NCBI GenBank assembly: GCA_964057225.1
Contig: OZ059896.1
Coordinates: 19,282,001-19,346,000 of the forward strand
DNA from: Auanema rhodensis
Taxonomy: Eukaryota > Animalia > Nematoda
Length of the DNA stretch: 64,000 nucleotides
Reading direction: 5' to 3'
A model generated the notes under the pieces. The model was not told the DNA's origin and did not search any database. It worked only from the letters and a program-made list of their open reading frames with translations. Both the position numbers and the translations under genes were made by a program. This document shows positions 26,501 to 41,500 of this stretch, piece after piece. Numbering within the stretch: the stretch's first letter is position 1; the number at the start of each line of letters is the position of its first letter.

Positions 26501-27520
26501 CAAAAAGTAGATGTTTTTAGATTCCTTTTTTCAAGGCAAAGACGATGGACAATGTTATTCAACGAAAAAATTAATTCTTCAGGGTGAAAATCGAGGATAT
26601 AAGTGTGAACTTATACCAGTTGATATCTCGGTGCATTTTTAAGCTAGCGCAAATCTGATAACACAGATCGACGCAGCTTAAAAATCCGCATCGAATGCAC
26701 TATACTACATTGAGAAACGCTCAATACAAAAATTAGTTATGATCGTTTGAAAAATGATGCATTAGTGTATGTTGAGTTTCCATGTACACTCAACATTGCT
26801 TCCAAAAACATTTTGACAAAAATTTTTTCAAAGAATTTCAAAATAATTTAGCAAAATGTAGATGTTTTTAGATTCCTTTTTTCAAGGCAAAGACGATGGA
26901 CAATGTTATTCAACGAAAAAATTAATTCTTCAGGGTGAAAATCGAGGATATAAGTGTGAACTTATATCAGTTGATATCTCGGTGCATTTTTAAGCTAGCG
27001 CAAATCTCATAACACAGATCGACGCAGCTTAAAAATCCGCATCGAATGCACTATACTACATTGAGAAACGCTTAATACAAAAATTAGTTATGATCGTTTG
27101 AAAAATGATGCATTAGTGTATGTTGAGTTTCCATGTACACTCAACATTGCTTCCAAAAACATTTTGACAAAAATTTTTTCGAAAAATTTCAAAATAATTT
27201 AGCAAAAAGTAGATGTTTTTAGATTCCTTTTTTCAAGGCAAAGACGATGGACAATGTTATTCAACGAAAAAATTAATTCTTCAGGGTGAAAATCGAGGAT
27301 ATAAGTGTGAACTTATACCAGTTGATATCTCGGTGCATTTTTAAGCTAGCGCAAATCTGATAACACAGATCGACGCAGCTTAAAAATCCGCATCGAATGC
27401 ACTATACTACATTGAGAAACGCTCAATACAAAAATTAGTTATGATCGTTTGAAAAATGATGCATTAGTGTATGTTGAGTTTCCATGTACACTCAACATTG
27501 CTTCCAAAAACATTTTGACA
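23600..27520 (+). repeat. Older, diverged hexamer (2106-bp) duplication
   Basis: cggtCcatt at 23825/25931; aaaaTAcc in 24215/26321; tctCata in 24566/26672. Several private SNPs now distinguish the two copies. Confidence 0.8.
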
Positions 27521-29540
27521 AAAATTTTTTCGAAAAATTTCAAAATAATTTAGCAAAAAGTAGATGTTTTTAGATTCCTTTTTTCAAGGCAAAGACGATG
27601 GACAATGTTATTCAACGAAAAAATTAATTCTTCAGGGTGAAAATCGAGGATATAAGTGTGAACTTATATCAGTTGATATATCGGTGCATTTTTAAGCTAG
27701 CGCAAATCTGATAACACAGATCGACGCAGCTTAAAATACCGCATCGAATGCACTATACTACATTGAGAAACGCTTAATACAAAAATTAGTTATGATCGTT
27801 TGAAAAATGATGCATTAGTGTATGTTGAGTTTCCATGTACACTCAACATTGCTTCCAAAAACATTTTGACAAAAATTTTTTCGAAAAATTTCAAAATAAT
27901 TTAGCAAAAAGTAGATGTTTTTAGATTCCTTTTTTCAAGGCAAAGACGATGGACAATGTTATTCAACGAAAAAATTAATTCTTCAGGGTGAAAATCGAGG
28001 ATATAAGTGTGAACTTATATCAGTTGATATCTCGGTGCATTTTTAAGCTAGCGCAAATCTGATAACACAGATCGACGCAGCTTAGAAATCCGCATCGAAT
28101 GCACTATACTACATTGAGAAACGCTTAATACAAAAATTAGTTATGATCGTTTGAAAAATGATGCATTAGTGTATGTTGAGTTTCCATGTACACTCAACAT
28201 TGCTTCCAAAAACATTTTGACAAAAATTTTTTCGAAAAATTTCAAAATAATTTAGCAAAAAGTAGATGTTTTTGGATTCCTTTTTTCAAGGCAAAGACGA
28301 TGGACAATGTTATTCAACGAAAAAATTAATTCTTCAGGGTGAAAATCGAGGATATAAGTGTGAACTTATATCAGTTGATATCTCGGTGCATTTTTAAGCT
28401 AGCGCAAATCTGATAACACAGATCGACGCAGCTTAAAAATCCGCATCGAATGCACTATACTACATTGAGAAACGCTTAATACAAGAATTAGTTATGATCG
28501 TTTGAAAAATGATGCATTAGTGTATGTTGAGTTTCCATGTACACTCAACATTGCTTCCAAAAACATTTTGACAAAAATTTTTTCGAAAAATTTCAAAATA
28601 ATTTAGCAAAAAGTAGATGTTTTTGGATTCCTTTTTTCAAGGCAAAGACGATGGACAATGTTATTCAACGAAAAAATTAATTCTTCAGGGTGAAAATCGA
28701 GGATATAAGTGTGAACTTATATCAGTTGATATATCGGTGCATTTTTAAGCTAGCGCAAATCTGATAACACAGATCGACGCAGCTTAAAATACCGCATCGA
28801 ATGCACTATACTACATTGAGAAACGCTTAATACAAAAATTAGTTATGATCGTTTGAAAAATGATGCATTAGTGTATGTTGAGTTTCCATGTACACTCAAC
28901 ATTGCTTCCAAAAACATTTTGACAAAAATTTTTTCGAAAAATTTCAAAATAATTTAGCAAAAAGTAGATGTTTTTAGATTCCTTTTTTCAAGGCAAAGAC
29001 GATGGACAATGTTATTCAACGAAAAAATTAATTCTTCAGGGTGAAAATCGAGGATATAAGTGTGAACTTATATCAGTTGATATCTCGGTGCATTTTTAAG
29101 CTAGCGCAAATCTGATAACACAGATCGACGCAGCTTAGAAATCCGCATCGAATGCACTATACTACATTGAGAAACGCTTAATACAAAAATTAGTTATGAT
29201 CGTTTGAAAAATGATGCATTAGTGTATGTTGAGTTTCCATGTACACTCAACATTGCTTCCAAAAACATTTTGACAAAAATTTTTTCGAAAAATTTCAAAA
29301 TAATTTAGCAAAAAGTAGATGTTTTTGGATTCCTTTTTTCAAGGCAAAGACGATGGACAATGTTATTCAACGAAAAAATTAATTCTTCAGGGTGAAAATC
29401 GAGGATATAAGTGTGAACTTATATCAGTTGATATCTCGGTGCATTTTTAAGCTAGCGCAAATCTGATAACACAGATCGACGCAGCTTAAAAATCCGCATC
29501 GAATGCACTATACTACATTGAGAAACGCTTAATACAAGAA

Positions 29541-32500
29541 TTAGTTATGATCGTTTGAAAAATGATGCATTAGTGTATGTTGAGTTTCCATGTACACTCA
29601 ACATTGCTTCCAAAAACATTTTGACAAAAATTTTTTCGAAAAATTTCAAAATAATTTAGCAAAAAGTAGATGTTTTTAGATTCCTTTTTTCAAGGCAAAG
29701 ACGATGGACAATGTTATTCAACGAAAAAATTAATTCTTCAGGGTGAAAATCGAGGATATAAGTGTGAACTTATACCAGTTGATATCTCGGTGCATTTTTA
29801 AGCTAGCGCAAATCTGATAACACAGATCGACGCAGCTTAAAAATCCGCATCGAATGCACTATACTACATTGAGAAACGCTTAATACAAAAATTAGTTATG
29901 ATCGTTTGAAAAATGATGCATTAGTGTATGTTGAGTTTCCATGTACACTCAACATTGCTTCCAAAAACATTTTGACAAAAATTTTTTCGAAAAATTTCAA
30001 AATAATTTAGCAAAAAGTAGATGTTTTTAGATTCCTTTTTTCAAGGCAAAGACGATGGACAATGTTATTCAACGAAAAAAATAATTCTTTAGGGTGAAAA
30101 TCGAGGATATAAGTGTGAACTTATATCAGTTGATATCTCGGTGCATTTTTAAGCTAGCGCAAATCTGATAACACAGATCGACGCAGCTTAAAAATCCGCA
30201 TCGAATGCACTATACTACATTGAGAAACGCTTAATACAAGAATTAGTTATGATCGTTTGAAAAATGATGCATTAGTGTATGTTGAGTTTCCATGTACACT
30301 CAACATTGCTTCCAAAAACATTTTGACAAAAATTTTTTCGAACAATTTCAAAATAATTTAGCAAAAAGTAGATGTTTTTGGATTCCTTTTTTCAAGGCAA
30401 AGACGATGGACAATGTTATTCAACGAAAAAATTAATTCTTTAGGGTGAAAATCGAGGATATAAGTGTGAACTTATATCAGTTGATATCTCGGTGCATTTT
30501 TAAGCTAGCGCAAGTCTGATAACACAGATCGACGCAGCTTAAAAATCCGCATCGAATGCACTATACTACATTGAGAAACGCTTAATACAAGAATTAGTTA
30601 TGATCGTTTGAAAAATGATGCATTAGTGTATGTTGAGTTTCCATGTACACTCAACATTGCTTCCAAAAACATTTTGACAAAAATTTTTTCGAACAATTTC
30701 AAAATAATTTAGCAAAAAGTAGATGTTTTTGGATTCCTTTTTTTAAGGCAAAGACGATGGACAATGTTATTCAACGAAAAAATTAATTCTTTAGGGTGAA
30801 AATCGAGGATATAAGTGTGAACTTATATCAGTTGATATCTCGGTGCATTTTTAAGCTAGCGCAAGTCTGATAACACAGATCGACGCAGCTTAAAAATCCG
30901 CATCGAATGCACTATACTACATTGAGAAACGCTTAATACAAAACTTAGTTATGATCGTTTGAAAAATGATGCATTAGTGTATGTTGAGTTTCCATGTACA
31001 CTCAACATTGCTTCCAAAAACATTTTGACAAAAATTTTTTCGAAAAATTTCAAAATAATTTAGCAAAAAGTAGATGTTTTTAGATTCCTTTTTTCAAGGC
31101 AAAGACGATGGACAATGTTATTCAACGAAAAAATTAATTCTTTAGGGTGAAAATCGAGGATATAAGTGTGAACTTATATCAGTTGATATCTCGGTGCATT
31201 TTTAAGCTAGCGCAAGTCTGATAACACAGATCGACGCAGCTTAAAAATCCGCATCGAATGCACTATACTACATTGAGAAACGCTTAATACAAGAATTAGT
31301 TATGATCGTTTGAAAAATGATGCATTAGTGTATGTTGAGTTTCCATGTACACTCAACATTGCTTCCAAAAACATTTTGACAAAAATTTTTTCGAACAATT
31401 TCAAAATAATTTAGCAAAAAGTAGATGTTTTTGGATTCCTTTTTTCAAGGCAAAGACGATGGACAATGTTATTCAACGAAAAAATTAATTCTTTAGGGTG
31501 AAAATCGAGGATATAAGTGTGAACTTATATCAGTTGATATCTCGGTGCATTTTTAAGCTAGCGCAAGTCTGATAACACAGATCGACGCAGCTTAAAAATC
31601 CGCATCGAATGCACTATACTACATTGAGAAACGCTTAATACAAAACTTAGTTATGATCGTTTGAAAAATGATGCATTAGTGTATGTTGAGTTTCCATGTA
31701 CACTCAACATTGCTTCCAAAAACATTTTGACAAAAATTTTTTCGAAAAATTTCAAAATAATTTAGCAAAAAGTAGATGTTTTTAGATTCCTTTTTTCAAG
31801 GCAAAGACGATGGACAATGTTATTCAACGAAAAAATTAATTCTTTAGGGTGAAAATCGAGGATATAAGTGTGAACTTATACCAGTTGATATCTCGGTGCA
31901 TTTTTAAGCTAGCGCAAATCTGATAACACAGATCGACGCAGCTTAAAAATCCGCATCGAATGCACTATACTACATTGAGAAACGCTTAATACAAAAATTA
32001 GTTATGATCGTTTGAAAAATGATGCATTAGTGTATGTTGAGTTTCCATGTACACTCAACATTGCTTCCAAAAACATTTTGACAAAAATTTTTTCGAAAAA
32101 TTTCAAAATAATTTAGCAAAAAGTAGATGTTTTTAGATTCCTTTTTTCAAGGCAAAGACGATGGACAATGTTATTCAACGAAAAAAATAATTCTTTAGGG
32201 TGAAAATCGAGGATATAAGTGTGAACTTATATCAGTTGATATCTCGGTGCATTTTTAAGCTAGCGCAAATCTGATAACACAGATCGACGCAGCTTAAAAA
32301 TCCGCATCGAATGCACTATACTACATTGAGAAACGCTTAATACAAAAATTAGTTATGATCGTTTGAAAAATGATGCATTAGTGTATGTTGAGTTTCCATG
32401 TACACTCAACATTGCTTCCAAAAACATTTTGACAAAAATTTTTTCGAACAATTTCAAAATAATTTAGCAAAAAGTAGATGTTTTTGGATTCCTTTTTTCA

Positions 32501-35500
32501 AGGCAAAGACGATGGACAATGTTATTCAACGAAAAAATTAATTCTTTAGGGTGAAAATCGAGGATATAAGTGTGAACTTATATCAGTTGATATCTCGGTG
32601 CATTTTTAAGCTAGCGCAAATCTGATAACACAGATCGACGCAGCTTAAAAATCCGCATCGAATGCACTATACTACATTGAGAAACGCTTAATACAAAAAT
32701 TAGTTATGATCGTTTGAAAAATGATGCATTAGTGTATGTTGAGTTTCCATGTACACTCAACATTGCTTCCAAAAACATTTTGACAAAAATTTTTTCGAAA
32801 AATTTCAAAATAATTTAGCAAAAAGTAGATGTTTTTAGATTCCTTTTTTCAAGGCAAAGACGATGGACAATGTTATTCAACGAAAAAAATAATTCTTTAG
32901 GGTGAAAATCGAGGATATAAGTGTAAACTTATATCAGTTGATATCTCGGTGCATTTTTAAGCTAGCGCAAATCTGATAACACAGATCGACGCAGCTTAAA
33001 AATCCGCATCGAATGCACTATACTACATTGAGAAACGCTTAATACAAAAATTAGTTATGATCGTTTGAAAAATGATGCATTAGTGTATGTTGAGTTTCCA
33101 TGTACACTCAACATTGCTTCCAAAAACATTTTGACAAAAATTTTTTCGAAAAATTTCAAAATAATTTAGCAAAAAGTAGATGTTTTTAGATTCCTTTTTT
33201 CAAGGCAAAGACGATGGACAATGTTATTCAACGAAAAAAATAATTCTTTAGGGTGAAAATCGAGGATATAAGTGTGAACTTATATCAGTTGATATCTCGG
33301 TGCATTTTTAAGCTAGCGCAAATCTGATAACACAGATCGACGCAGCTTACAAATCCGCATCGAATGCACTATACTACATTGAGAAACGCTTAATACAAGA
33401 ATTAGTTATGATCGTTTGAAAAATGATGCATTAGTGTATGTTGAGTTTCCATGTACACTCAACATTGCTTCCAAAAACATTTTGACAAAAATTTTTTCGA
33501 AAAATTTCAAAATAATTTAGCAAAAAGTAGATGTTTTTAGATTCCTTTTTTCAAGGCAAAGACGATGGACAATGTTATTCAACGAAAAAATTATTTCTTC
33601 AGGGTGAAAATCGAGGATATAAGTGTGAACTTATATCAGTTGATATCTCGGTGCATTTTTAAGCTAGCGCAAATCTGATAACACAGATCGACGCAGCTTA
33701 AAATACCGCATCGAATGCACTATACTACATTGAGAAACGCTTAATACAAAACTTAGTTATGATCGTTTGAAAAATGATGCATTAGTGTATGTTGAGTTTC
33801 CATGTACACTCAACATTGCTTCCAAAAACATTTTGACAAAAATTTTTTCGAAAATTTTCAAAATAATTTAGCAAAAAGTAGATGTTTTTAGATTCCTTTT
33901 TTCAAGGCAAAGACGATGGACAATGTTATTCAACGAAAAAATTAATTCTTCAGGGTGAAAATCGAGGATATAAGTGTGAACTTATACCAGTTGATATCTC
34001 AGTGCATTTTTAAGCTAGCGCAAATCTGATAACACAGATCGACGCAGCTTAAAAATCCGCATCGAATGCACTATACTACATTGAGAAACGCTCAATACAA
34101 AAATTAGTTATGATCGTTTGAAAAATGATGCATTAGTGTATGTTGAGTTTCCATGTACACTCAACATTGCTTCCAAAAACATTTTGACAAAAATTTTTTC
34201 GAAGAATTTCAAAATAATTTAGCAAAATGTAGATGTTTTTAGATTCCTTTTTTCAAGGCAAAGACGATGGACAATGTTATTCAACGAAAAAATTAATTCT
34301 TCAGGGTGAAAATCGAGGATATAAGTGTGAACTTATATCAGTTGATATCTCGGTGCATTTTTAAGCTAGCGCAAATCTGATAACACAGATCGACGCAGCT
34401 TTAAAATCCGCATCGAATGCACTATACTACATTGAGAAACGCTTAATACAAAAATTAGTTATGATCGTTTGAAAAATGATGCATTAGTGTATGTTGAGTT
34501 TCCATGTACACTCAACATTGCTTCCAAAAACATTTTGACAAAAAATTTTCGAAAAAATTCAAAATAATTTAGCAAAAAGTAGATGTTTTTAGATTCCTTT
34601 TTTCAAGGCAAAGACGATGGACAATGTTATTCAACGAAAAAATTAATTCTTCAGGGTGAAAATCGAGGATATAAGTGTGAACTTATACCAGTTGATATCT
34701 CGGTGCATTTTTAAGCTAGCGCAAATCTGATAACACAGATCGACGCAGCTTAAAAATCCGCATCGAATGCACTATACTACATTGAGAAACGCTTAATACA
34801 AAACTTAGTTATGATCGTTTGAAAAATGATGCATTAGTGTATGTTGAGTTTCCATGTACACTCAACATTGCTTCCAAAAACATTTTGACAAAAATTTTTT
34901 CGAAAATTTTCAAAATAATTTAGCAAAAAGTAGATGTTTTTAGATTCCTTTTTTCAAGGCAAAGACGATGGACAATGTTATTCAACGAAAAAATTAATTC
35001 TTCAGGGTGAAAATCGAGGATATAAGTGTGAACTTATACCAGTTGATATCTCAGTGCATTTTTAAGCTAGCGCAAATCTGATAACACAGATCGACGCAGC
35101 TTAAAAATCCGCATCGAATGCACTATACTACATTGAGAAACGCTCAATACAAAAATTAGTTATGATCGTTTGAAAAATGATGCATTAGTGTATGTTGAGT
35201 TTCCATGTACACTCAACATTGCTTCCAAAAACATTTTGACAAAAATTTTTTCGAAGAATTTCAAAATAATTTAGCAAAATGTAGATGTTTTTAGATTCCT
35301 TTTTTCAAGGCAAAGACGATGGACAATGTTATTCAACGAAAAAATTAATTCTTCAGGGTGAAAATCGAGGATATAAGTGTGAACTTATATCAGTTGATAT
35401 CTCGGTGCATTTTTAAGCTAGCGCAAATCTGATAACACAGATCGACGCAGCTTTAAAATCCGCATCGAATGCACTATACTACATTGAGAAACGCTTAATA

Positions 35501-38500
35501 CAAAAATTAGTTATGATCGTTTGAAAAATGATGCATTAGTGTATGTTGAGTTTCCATGTACACTCAACATTGCTTCCAAAAACATTTTGACAAAAAATTT
35601 TCGAAAAATTTCAAAATAATTTAGCAAAAAGTAGATGTTTTTAGATTCCTTTTTTCAAGGCAAAGACGATGGACAATGTTATTCAACGAAAAAATTAATT
35701 CTTCAGGGTGAAAATCGAGGATATAAGTGTGAACTTATACCAGTTGATATCTCGGTGCATTTTTAAGCTAGCGCAAATCTGATAACACAGATCGACGCAG
35801 CTTAAAAATCCGCATCGAATGCACTATACTACATTGAGAAACGCTTAATACAAAACTTAGTTATGATCGTTTGAAAAATGATGCATTAGTGTATGTTGAG
35901 TTTCCATGTACACTCAACATTGCTTCCAAAAACATTTTGACAAAAATTTTTTCGAAAAATTTCAAAATAATTTAGCAAAAAGTAGATGTTTTTAGATTCC
36001 TTTTTTCAAGGCAAAGACGATGGACAATGTTATTCAACGAAAAAAATAATTCTTTAGGGTGAAAATCGAGGATATAAGTGTGAACTTATATCAGTTGATA
36101 TCTCGGTGCATTTTTAAGCTAGCGCAAATCTGATAACACAGATCGACGCAGCTTAAAAATCCGCATCGAATGCACTATACTACATTGAGAAACGCTTAAT
36201 ACAAAAATTAGTTATGATCGTTTGAAAAATGATGCATTAGTGTATGTTGAGTTTCCATGTACACTCAACATTGCTTCCAAAAACATTTTGACAAAAATTT
36301 TTTCGAAAAATTTCAAAATAATTTAGCAAAAAGTAGATGTTTTTAGATTCCTTTTTTCAAGGCAAAGACGATGGACAATGTTATTCAACGAAAAAAATAA
36401 TTCTTTAGGGTGAAAATCGAGGATATAAGTGTGAACTTATATCAGTTGATATCTCGGTGCATTTTTAAGCTAGCGCAAATCTGATAACACAGATCGACGC
36501 AGCTTACAAATCCGCATCGAATGCACTATACTACATTGAGAAACGCTTAATACAAGAATTAGTTATGATCGTTTGAAAAATGATGCATTAGTGTATGTTG
36601 AGTTTCCATGTACACTCAACATTGCTTCCAAAAACATTTTGACAAAAATTTTTTCGAAAAATTTCAAAATAATTTAGCAAAAAGTAGATGTTTTTAGATT
36701 CCTTTTTTCAAGGCAAAGACGATGGACAATGTTATTCAACGAAAAAATTAATTCTTCAGGGTGAAAATCGAGGATATAAGTGTGAACTTATACCAGTTGA
36801 TATCTCAGTGCATTTTTAAGCTAGCGCAAATCTGATAACACAGATCGACGCAGCTTGAAAATCCGCATCGAATGCACTATACTACATTGAGAAACGCTCA
36901 ATACAAAAATTAGTTATGATCGTTTGAAAAATGATGCATTAGTGTATGTTGAGTTTCCATGTACACTCAACATTGCTTCCAAAAACATTTTGACAAAAAT
37001 TTTTTCGAAGAATTTCAAAATAATTTAGCAAAATGTAGATGTTTTTAGATTCCTTTTTTCAAGGCAAAGACGATGGACAATGTTATTCAACGAAAAAATT
37101 AATTCTTCAGGGTGAAAATCGAGGATATAAGTGTGAACTTATATCAGTTGATATCTCGGTGCATTTTTAAGCTAGCGCAAATCTGATAACACAGATCGAC
37201 GCAGCTTAAAAATCCGCATCGAATGCACTATACTACATTGAGAAACGCTTAATACAAAACTTAGTTATGATCGTTTGAAAAATGATGCATTAGTGTATGT
37301 TGAGTTTCCATGTACACTCAACATTGCTTCCAAAAACATTTTGACAAAAATTTTTTCGAAAAATTTCAAAATAATTTAGCAAAAAGTAGATGTTTTTAGA
37401 TTCCTTTTTTCAAGGCAAAGACGATGGACAATGTTATTCAACGAAAAAAATAATTCTTTAGGGTGAAAATCGAGGATATAAGTGTGAACTTATATCAGTT
37501 GATATCTCGGTGCATTTTTAAGCTAGCGCAAATCTGATAACACAGATCGACGCAGCTTAAAAATCCGCATCGAATGCACTATACTACATTGAGAAACGCT
37601 TAATACAAAAATTAGTTATGATCGTTTGAAAAATGATGCATTAGTGTATGTTGAGTTTCCATGTACACTCAACATTGCTTCCAAAAACATTTTGACAAAA
37701 ATTTTTTCGAAAAATTTCAAAATAATTTAGCAAAAAGTAGAAGTTTTTAGATTCCTTTTTTCAAGGCAAAGACGATGGACAATGTTATTCAACGAAAAAA
37801 ATAATTCTTTAGGGTGAAAATCGAGGATATAAGTGTGAACTTATATCAGTTGATATCTCGGTGCATTTTTAAGCTAGCGCAAATCTGATAACACAGATCG
37901 ACGCAGCTTACAAATCCGCATCGAATGCACTATACTACATTGAGAAACGCTTAATACAAGAATTAGTTATGATCGTTTGAAAAATGATGCATTAGTGTAT
38001 GTTGAGTTTCCATGTACACTCAACATTGCTTCCAAAAACATTTTGACAAAAATTTTTTCGAAAAATTTCAAAATAATTTAGCAAAAAGTAGATGTTTTTA
38101 GATTCCTTTTTTCAAGGCAAAGACGATGGACAATGTTATTCAACGAAAAAATTAATTCTTCAGGGTGAAAATCGAGGATATAAGTGTGAACTTATACCAG
38201 TTGATATCTCAGTGCATTTTTAAGCTAGCGCAAATCTGATAACACAGATCGACGCAGCTTGAAAATCCGCATCGAATGCACTATACTACATTGAGAAACG
38301 CTCAATACAAAAATTAGTTATGATCGTTTGAAAAATGATGCATTAGTGTATGTTGAGTTTCCATGTACACTCAACATTGCTTCCAAAAACATTTTGACAA
38401 AAATTTTTTCGAAGAATTTCAAAATAATTTAGCAAAATGTAGATGTTTTTAGATTCCTTTTTTCAAGGCAAAGACGATGGACAATGTTATTCAACGAAAA

Positions 38501-41500
38501 AATTAATTCTTCAGGGTGAAAATCGAGGATATAAGTGTGAACTTATATCAGTTGATATCTCGGTGCATTTTTAAGCTAGCGCAAATCTGATAACACAGAT
38601 CGACGCAGCTTAAAAATCCGCATCGAATGCACTATACTACATTGAGAAACGCTTAATACAAAAATTAGTTATGATCGTTTGAAAAATGATGCATTAGTGT
38701 ATGTTGAGTTTCCATGTACACTCAACATTGCTTCCAAAAACATTTTGACAAAAATTTTTTCGAAAAATTTCAAAATAATTTAGCAAAAAGTAGATGTTTT
38801 TAGATTCCTTTTTTCAAGGCAAAGACGATGGACAATGTTATTCAACGAAAAAATTAATTCTTCAGGGTGAAAATCGAGGATATAAGTGTGAACTTATACC
38901 AGTTGATATCTCGGTGCATTTTTAAGCTAGCGCAAATCTGATAACACAGATCGACGCAGCTTAAAAATCCGCATCGAATGCACTATACTACATTGAGAAA
39001 CGCTCAATACAAAAATTAGTTATGATCGTTTGAAAAATGATGCATTAGTGTATGTTGAGTTTCCATGTACACTCAACATTGCTTCCAAAAACATTTTGAC
39101 AAAAATTTTTTCGAAGAATTTCAAAATAATTTAGCAAAATGTAGATGTTTTTAGATTCCTTTTTTCAAGGCAAAGACGATGGACAATGTTATTCAACGAA
39201 AAAATTAATTCTTCAGGGTGAAAATCGAGGATATAAGTGTGAACTTATATCAGTTGATATCTCGGTGCATTTTTAAGCTAGCGCAAATCTGATAACACAG
39301 ATCGACGCAGCTTAAAAATCCGCATTGAATGCACTTTACTACATTGAGAAACGCTTAATACAAAAATTAGTTATGATCGTTTGAAAAATGATGCATTAGT
39401 GTATGTTGAGTTTCCATGTACACTCAACATTGCTTCCAAAAACATTTTGACAAAAATTTTTTCGAAGAATTTCAAAATAATTTAGCAAAATGTAGATGTT
39501 TTTAGATTCCTTTTTTCAAGGCAAAGACGATGGACAATGTTATTCAACGAAAAAATTAATTCTTCAGGGTGAAAATCGAGGATATAAGTGTGAACTTATA
39601 CCAGTTGATATCTCGGTGCATTTTTAAGCTAGCGCAAATCTGATAACACAGATCGACGCAGCTTAAAAATCCGCATCGAATGCACTATACTACATTGAGA
39701 AACGCTCAATACAAAAATTAGTTATGATCGTTTGAAAAATGATGCATTAGTGTATGTTGAGTTTCCATGTACACTCAACATTGCTTCCAAAAACATTTTG
39801 ACAAAAATTTTTTCGAAGAATTTCAAAATAATTTAGCAAAATGTAGATGTTTTTAGATTCCTTTTTTCAAGGCAAAGACGATGGACAATGTTATTCAACG
39901 AAAAAATTAATTCTTCAGGGTGAAAATCGAGGATATAAGTGTGAACTTATATCAGTTGATATCTCGGTGCATTTTTAAGCTAGCGCAAATCTGATAACAC
40001 AGATCGACGCAGCTTAAAAATCCGCATTGAATGCACTTTACTACATTGAGAAACGCTTAATACAAAAATTAGTTATGATCGTTTGAAAAATGATGCATTA
40101 GTGTATGTTGAGTTTCCATGTACACTCAACATTGCTTCCAAAAACATTTTGACAAAAATTTTTTCGAAAAATTTCAAAATAATTTAGCAAAAAGTAGATG
40201 TTTTTAGATTCCTTTTTTCAAGGCAAAGACGATGGACAATGTTATTCAACGAAAAAATTAATTCTTCAGGGTGAAAATCGAGGATATAAGTGTGAACTTA
40301 TATCAGTTGATATCTCGGTGCATTTTTAAGCTAGCGCAAATCTGATAACACAGATCGACGCAGCTTAAAAATCCGCATCGAATGCACTTTACTACATTGA
40401 GAAACGCTTAATACAAAAATTAGTTATGATCGTTTGAAAAATGATGCATTAGTGTATGTTGAGTTTCCATGTACACTCAACATTGCTTCCAAAAACATTT
40501 TGACAAAAATTTTTTCGAAAAATTTCAAAATAATTTAGCAAAAAGTAGATGTTTTTAGATTCTTTTTTTCAAGGCAAAGACGATGGACAATGTTGTTCAA
40601 CGAAAAAATTAATTCTTCAGGGTGAAAATCGAGGATATAAGTGTGAACTTATATCAGTTGATATCTCGGTGCATTTTTAAGCTAGCGCAAATCTGATAAC
40701 ACAGATCGACGCAGCTTAAAAATCCGCATCGAATGCACTATACTACATTGAGAAACGCTTAATACAAGAATTAGTTATGATCGTTTGAAAAATGATGCAT
40801 TAGTGTATGTTGAGTTTCCATGTACACTCAACATTGCTTCCAAAAACATTTTGACAAAAATTTTTTCGAAAAATTTCAAAATAATTTAGCAAAAAGTAGA
40901 TGTTTTTAGATTCCTTTTTTCAAGGCAAAGACGATGGACAATGTTATTCAACGAAAAAATTATTTCTTCAGGGTGAAAATCGAGGATATAAGTGTGAACT
41001 TATATCAGTTGATATCTCGGTCCATTTTTAAGCTAGCGCAAATCTGATAACACAGATCGACGCAGCTTAAAAATCCGCATCGAATGCACTATACTACATT
41101 GAGAAACGCTTAATACAAGAATTAGTTATGATCGTTTGAAAAATGATGCATTAGTGTATGTTGAGTTTCCATGTACACTCAACATTGCTTCCAAAAACAT
41201 TTTGACAAAAATTTTTTCGAAAAATTTCAAAATAATTTAGCAAAAAGTAGATGTTTTTAGATTCCTTTTTTCAAGGCAAAGACGATGGACAATGTTATTC
41301 AACGAAAAAATTATTTCTTCAGGGTGAAAATCGAGGATATAAGTGTGAACTTATATCAGTTGATATATCGGTGCATTTTTAAGCTAGCGCAAATCTGATA
41401 ACACAGATCGACGCAGCTTAAAATACCGCATCGAATGCACTATACTACATTGAGAAACGCTTAATACAAAAATTAGTTATGATCGTTTGAAAAATGATGC

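Larger units (their letters stand above)
12000..29540 (+). repeat. Copy 1 of a ~17.5-kb (50-monomer) tandem segmental duplication within the array; boundaries approximate
   Basis: Rare variants recur at fixed offsets. Offset 17548 (50x351-2): gtgtAaac 15377/32925 and gtagaAg 20194/37742. Offset 17197 (49x351-2): atcCcgg 25224/42421, ttcgTaa 25778/42975 and attgAttcc 26448/43645. Confidence 0.93.
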